Positions 36,448 to 40,325 of a stretch of DNA of 40,325 nt are shown here, in pieces. Under the pieces are notes generated by a model. That model searched no databases. It had not been told where the DNA came from and saw only the letters and a list, made by a program, of their open reading frames with translations. Numbering within the stretch: the stretch's first letter is position 1; each line of letters opens with the position of its first letter. Source of the DNA: a virus (taxonomy: Duplodnaviria > Caudoviricetes); the IMG/VR virus record IMGVR_UViG_3300020045_003606, positions 1-40,325 of that record, one strand, 5' to 3'. A program made the position numbers and the translations under genes.

Positions 36448-36994
36448 TTGTTACTCCTAAAGTATTTGCGATTTTAGTTCTTGATGTGTTTACAACTTCA
36501 ACTTCGGCTTCAAAGTTTTCATCATTACGGGTTAGGTTACGACCAAATAAGTTACCAAACGATTTTGCAGCGTTCTTTATGGCTTCGGCTCTAGCTCGTG
36601 GTACTGCCATAACTCCTGCGCTTTGCATTAGCTGTGTGAAGTCAGTTGGTGAAGCACCTTTAATTGTTTGGAATTCAGCGAATCCGATACCGTCAGACAC
36701 TAGGACTTTATCAGAATTAGGTATTTTAGCAGTTAATTTAACGACTGTATAAATACCGTTTATTACTGGATTGACCATTTTAATTTCTACGTTCCAGCCG
36801 TCAAATAAACCGTCCAGTAATCTCTCAACTGCGGTTATAGGTAAATAATCAAACTTGCCAAAATTATGACGTTTAACTATTTTTGCAGGTGGGTTGATAC
36901 TTAAAATTGTTTTATAAGTCAACTCGGTTAGTTTTTGTTTTTGAATTGTTTTGTCAATCAAAGATAATTCTTTTGATGTTAGTTCTTCGCTCAT
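36434..36994 (-). CDS. Single-strand annealing protein (Rad52/Sak-like)
   Basis: YLPITAVERLLDGLFDGW, DGIG, AEAIKNAAKSFGNLFGRNL. Confidence 0.75.
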   Translation of the reverse strand: MSEELTSKELSLIDKTIQKQKLTELTYKTILSINPPAKIVKRHNFGKFDYLPITAVERLLDGLFDGWNVEIKMVNPVINGIYTVVKLTAKIPNSDKVLVSDGIGFAEFQTIKGASPTDFTQLMQSAGVMAVPRARAEAIKNAAKSFGNLFGRNLTRNDENFEAEVEVVNTSRTKIANTLGVTNETN

Positions 36995-37027
36995 ATAATC
37001 CCCTTTATTTGGTTTATTGATGTCTCA

Positions 37028-37056
37028 ATTATACCACGTGGTTATGCTAATGTAAA
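37028..37056 (-). promoter_or_regulatory. Early promoter 1 with conserved spacer
   Basis: TTTACA-TTAGCATAACCACGTGG-TATAAT. Confidence 0.85.
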
Positions 37057-37094
37057 CACCTTTAATTAAAATTCTTTTCTGGTATAATATAACC

Positions 37095-37175
37095 ACAATA
37101 GTACCCACATTAGATATGGTTTACTTAGTAAATCCCCTTTAAATCTAATTACTGGGTACTATTTATTTGAGGTTG
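37095..37175 (+). ncRNA. Candidate hairpin sRNA
   Basis: TGGTATAAT at 37080-37088; AATAGTACCCA/TGGGTACTATT, ATTAGAT/ATCTAAT, TTTACT/AGTAAA. Confidence 0.55.
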
Positions 37176-37206
37176 TTTTATTGTGTTTTTAATGCTACTG
37201 TTTACT

Positions 37207-37345
37207 CATAATTAGTTACGGCGATCGCCCAAACTAGACGATTAAATGGACTAATTAGTACCTTATTCCCACCCCTTATTAAGACCACGCCTAATATTGT
37301 TTACTCCACTATACATATTGCATCAAAGGCGTGGTTTTGTTATTC
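37207..37345 (+). ncRNA. Candidate two-domain sRNA
   Basis: TTGTTT-N17-TACTGT promoter; TAATTAGTT/GACTAATTA and AAGACCACGCCT/AGGCGTGGTTTT stems. Confidence 0.45.
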
Positions 37346-37416
37346 TCAAAGTATTACGAAAGTACGCACCTTGCTCAATAAATAATAGTTTTAATTATTA
37401 TTTCCAATATGTGTTA

Positions 37417-37453
37417 AAAGCCCCTTACAGTAACATTTAGGGGCTTTTAGTTT
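37417..37453 (+). terminator. Intrinsic terminator, possibly bidirectional
   Basis: AAAAGCCCCT..AGGGGCTTTT then T-rich. Confidence 0.7.
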
Positions 37454-37507
37454 TGCATAATCAGTATTGATATACAGCAATAAATAGTATAAAATAAGAG
37501 TAATCAA

Positions 37508-37615
37508 TCACGTCCTATTGAATTATGAGACGTGTGCGACCACACAGTTAGAATAGGAATAACGGAGATAAAGAATCCCCGCCTATTACAGCGGGGTTCA
37601 CGTCCTATTGAATTA
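37508..37615 (+). repeat. 18-bp direct repeat TCACGTCCTATTGAATTA, two copies
   Basis: Exact copies at 37508-37525 and 37598-37615. Confidence 0.95.
37566..37615 (-). ncRNA. Candidate antisense RNA of about 50 nt
   Basis: TTTACA-N17-TACAAT promoter (37650-37622); CCCCGC/GCGGGG hairpin with T-rich tail. Confidence 0.6.
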
Positions 37616-37911
37616 CTTTCAATTGTACATCATCTCGACGATTGTGTAAATACTTTTATAACTAAAGTTCGCAGATCTGAATAAAACTGCATTAGAACTT
37701 GCTATTAGCGCTAAACCCAGGCTCTGATTAACCGCCCACTAAACGTCAACCTGGTCTATGCGGTGCTAACAAGTTCGGGTAGATAACACAAAGTATATCG
37801 GGAAATAGAAATGTCACAGTTATCAGTTGTAAAAGGTTTACTCTGCTCTAATCTCTGCTCTAGCACGGGAAAGTGGGCTTAGTGCCTTGACACAAGGTCT
37901 ATAATAAAAGC

Positions 37912-38118
37912 ATGGATTATATTGACCTCCCTAAAAGAAAAACTATTAAGACTATGACTAAGAGGTATACATTTCAAGAACCTACGATTGAAGACAAAGT
38001 ATGGAATAAATATCGCAAAGAAGCTTGGAAACGTGAAAGTGATAAGTCTATTAGCAACATAATGGCTCGATATGGCCGTCAGACTGCACAGCAAGCCCCA
38101 CAATCAACGGAAAGCTAA
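37912..38118 (+). CDS. Hypothetical basic protein, probably leaderless
   Basis: TATAAT 6 nt before ATG. Confidence 0.5.
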   Translation: MDYIDLPKRKTIKTMTKRYTFQEPTIEDKVWNKYRKEAWKRESDKSISNIMARYGRQTAQQAPQSTES

Positions 38119-38296
38119 AAGACGTGTATTATACCAACATAAAACCCTCGCTCAATACGAGGGCTATATTATGCCTGCTTATATGTTGAACTCGAACATA
38201 TAAAGGAAACTAAAAACGAGTATAACATGATACTATGAAATCGTACCTTATTGCTTGAGCAAATGCTCGCAACGTTCTTTTACAAGGAGGTGGATT

Positions 38297-38497
38297 ATGG
38301 AAGCTGATTGGTTTGATATGCTACCGAAACAAGGCGCTTATAAATTCCCGTATCGTATCCAGTGGGATATTATGAACGGCCGAGTTAGGGCAAAACATGA
38401 CAATTCACCATGTTGGATTGTCAAAGAATGTAGCGTGAATGCAGTTTATGCACTTCACATTGGCTATGAACTTCTTGAACAAGAGGTAAAAAAATGA
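38297..38497 (+). CDS. Hypothetical protein
   Basis: AAGGAGG SD before MEADW. Confidence 0.7.
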   Translation: MEADWFDMLPKQGAYKFPYRIQWDIMNGRVRAKHDNSPCWIVKECSVNAVYALHIGYELLEQEVKK

Positions 38498-38727
38498 GCC
38501 AAGCACCGTTTGGATTTTGTCCGAAGTGTGGTGAGTTGTGTTATTTAACCGACCACCATGTTTACCCTAAACGTTTTTTTGGCAGAAATCGAAGCAAGTT
38601 AAAAATTTGCCGAACCTGCCACGATGCAATCGAGAAAATAATCCCGTTGCACCGAAAATTGCAAAAAGGGGAGTACCTACGGATTACCCATCTGTGGTTA
38701 CTTGGTCGTGAACCTAAAGTTTATTGA
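38494..38727 (+). CDS. Minimal HNH-like zinc-binding protein
   Basis: CPKC..TDHHVYP..ICRTCH. Confidence 0.7.
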   Translation: MSQAPFGFCPKCGELCYLTDHHVYPKRFFGRNRSKLKICRTCHDAIEKIIPLHRKLQKGEYLRITHLWLLGREPKVY

Positions 38728-38735
38728 GGTGAACT

Positions 38736-38939
38736 ATGCAATGCGTATTGTGTCACACACCAATGTCGTATGACGGCGAGGGTTATGTTTGTCCAATTTG
38801 CGGATTAAAACTCTACACAAGGAGGCGTGATGATAGTCGTTACTTTCAGGATGAAGTGCCAACACTACCTGAATTCGATTCGGGTCAGGATTCTGTGCCA
38901 ACGTTTCATGTCGAAGAACAAAGCTATAAAAGTAGCTAA
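38736..38939 (+). CDS. Zinc-ribbon protein with acidic tail
   Basis: CVLC..CPICG; GAGGTG SD. Confidence 0.7.
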   Translation: MQCVLCHTPMSYDGEGYVCPICGLKLYTRRRDDSRYFQDEVPTLPEFDSGQDSVPTFHVEEQSYKSS

Positions 38940-38991
38940 GTTCTACCAGTTTTTTGTCCATCCTCTGTTGTATAGGAAGTAGGTAACTGAT

Positions 38992-39018
38992 GAGCCGACA
39001 GTATATTCGGCTCTTTTT
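38992..39018 (+). terminator. Intrinsic terminator
   Basis: GAGCCGA-CAGTATAT-TCGGCTC-TTTTT. Confidence 0.8.
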
Positions 39019-39057
39019 ATTCTAGTAAAATGGTACGTATTGTGTTATAATTAATGT

Positions 39058-39606
39058 ATGTTATATTTTATAAAAGAAACAGACAGTAGAGTAAATCCTA
39101 GTGGCGGAAGACGCAAAATGGGATTATATAAATGCTCCTGCGGTAATGAAAAAGAAATATGTATATCATTAGTTAGACGCGGGAAAACAGTATCGTGTGG
39201 TTGTGCAAATATAAAACAAATAACTACTTTAGGAAAGATAAAAGGCGAGAATAGATGGAATCGTAAACACGGCATGTATAATACTAGATTTTATAACATA
39301 TATTATGGTGCAATGAATAGGTGCAGTAATAGAAACGATAGAAATTATAGATTCTATGGCAGTAAGGGTATAAAGGTACTATGGAAAAGTTTTGACGAAT
39401 TTAAAAATGATATGTTAGAAAGTTATGATCAACACTGTAAAGAACATGGTATAAAACAAACAACATTAGACAGAATTGATAGTAAAAAACATTATTGTAA
39501 AGAAAACTGTCGATGGGCAACTTACAAAGAGCAGGCAAGAGAAAAAATTGGTATGGTTGAGTTAGTAAAAAACCTAGGCATATACAATAAAAGTAATATA
39601 ATTTAA
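39058..39606 (+). CDS. Free-standing HNH homing-endonuclease-like protein
   Basis: CSCG..SCGC..HGM..YGSKGIKV..TLDRIDSKKHYCKENCRWAT; leaderless after TGTTATAAT. Confidence 0.85.
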   Translation: MLYFIKETDSRVNPSGGRRKMGLYKCSCGNEKEICISLVRRGKTVSCGCANIKQITTLGKIKGENRWNRKHGMYNTRFYNIYYGAMNRCSNRNDRNYRFYGSKGIKVLWKSFDEFKNDMLESYDQHCKEHGIKQTTLDRIDSKKHYCKENCRWATYKEQAREKIGMVELVKNLGIYNKSNII

Positions 39607-39623
39607 GACCTAAGAAATAATAC

Positions 39624-39660
39624 AAAAGAGGCAGTTGTGTAATCCACGCTGCCTCTATTA
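39624..39660. terminator. Terminator between convergent units
   Basis: AGAGGCAG..CTGCCTCT inverted repeat. Confidence 0.65.
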
Positions 39661-39923
39661 AATTTGTACACCAAAATATGTAAATAATGGTGCAGTTGTT
39701 GTCGCAGTTTATCAAAAATGGTGTTCAATTATGTTGGAAAATAAAAAAGTTCCTTAGGTATGGTTAACCGTTTGGAACTTAATTATTTTTTACGGAAGGA
39801 TGAACGTTAAACTTTAACTGTTTAATTATGCTGTAGTGTATTCCCAAGCCATATTAACTATTGTATACGTTTAGTTTACTCATGGTTTTATTCTACTACC
39901 TACCATTAAATGCGTCAACGCTA

Positions 39924-40127
39924 TTAGAACGGCAATAAACCATTACTACTGGTGTTCTTGTTATCATGTATAGCTTTATCAATTGCTCGCAAGACCATCA
40001 GAATTATTGCACCGATACCACTAGCTAAAACTGGGTCGCTAGATATTACAACTATTGCAATACCAGGGATGGCAAAGATTAGTTGTCGTGCTATCTCTTT
40101 TAGTGCTGTAATTATATTTTTATTCAT
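39924..40127 (-). CDS. Holin-like protein (2 TM)
   Basis: Two hydrophobic helices, charged tail; end of lysis cassette. Confidence 0.65.
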   Translation of the reverse strand: MNKNIITALKEIARQLIFAIPGIAIVVISSDPVLASGIGAIILMVLRAIDKAIHDNKNTSSNGLLPF

Positions 40128-40273
40128 TTCTTAGCTCCTTTAATAATTTTAATTAGTTTCTTGTATTCTTTTATTTCATTCTCACACCATTCAATAATCT
40201 CTTGAGAATTATCCTTTACTTTAATGGTTTTAAGTGGTCCAAAAAAATCTTCAAGTAGTTTTCTTTTGTCCAT
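40124..40273 (-). CDS. 49-aa hypothetical protein (MDKRKLLEDFF...)
   Basis: TAATG coupling to the endolysin stop and ATGA coupling to the holin start. Confidence 0.6.
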   Translation of the reverse strand: MDKRKLLEDFFGPLKTIKVKDNSQEIIEWCENEIKEYKKLIKIIKGAKK

Positions 40274-40325
40274 TACTTGAATAACCTATTAAGTAAGTTT
40301 TGTATCCATGTAACTTTTGCGTTTG
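40205..40325. repeat. Terminal direct repeat, copy 2
   Basis: Identical to 1-121. Confidence 0.97.

Noticed and set aside
283-36752. Plus-strand ORFs antisense to the main genes
   Set aside because: Shadow frames of well-supported minus-strand genes, with no recognisable motifs
37508-37615. Mini CRISPR array
   Set aside because: Only two 18-bp repeats with a 72-bp structured interval; no cas genes
39058-39606. HNH within a group I intron
   Set aside because: It has its own promoter and terminators and interrupts no gene
37879-39715. Minus-strand ORFs 37879-38103, 38734-38961, 39051-39275 and 39401-39715
   Set aside because: Antisense to better-supported plus-strand genes
40205-40325. 121-bp terminal repeat as a physical virion DTR
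   Set aside because: It is exact, k-mer sized and cuts through genes, so an assembly overlap is more likely
1-40325. Stop-codon reassignment
   Set aside because: Long genes are intact under code 11 and all three stop codons end genes

Overview
This is a complete circular phage genome of about 40.2 kb, AT-rich, using the standard genetic code; bases 1-121 are repeated at 40205-40325. Nearly all genes are on the minus strand. In transcription order they are: recombination genes (Rad52/Sak-like annealase, PD-(D/E)XK exonuclease, SSB, NinG-like nuclease), many tiny early ORFs, terS-terL, a groES-groEL pair, portal-scaffold-capsid, a podovirus-like tail with a glycoside-hydrolase-bearing fibre, internal virion proteins, and a lysis cassette spanning the junction. 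I recognised no integrase, DNA polymerase, primase, helicase or replication initiator. A Saccharibacteria (CPR)-like monoderm host is suggested by inference only. The strongest signals are at the RNA level. (1) A hidden Apf/lytic-transglycosylase-like domain has no start codon and is reachable by a -1 frameshift (A_AAU_UUU plus an H-type pseudoknot). (2) Four long-stem structured RNAs lie in tandem directly behind it. (3) Six late operons share a leader of extended -10, boxA-like motif (absent in the capsid copy) and terminator hairpin with stem covariation. (4) A repeat-based sense/antisense RNA switch sits at the strand-switch region. All protein calls come from motif recognition, not database searches.
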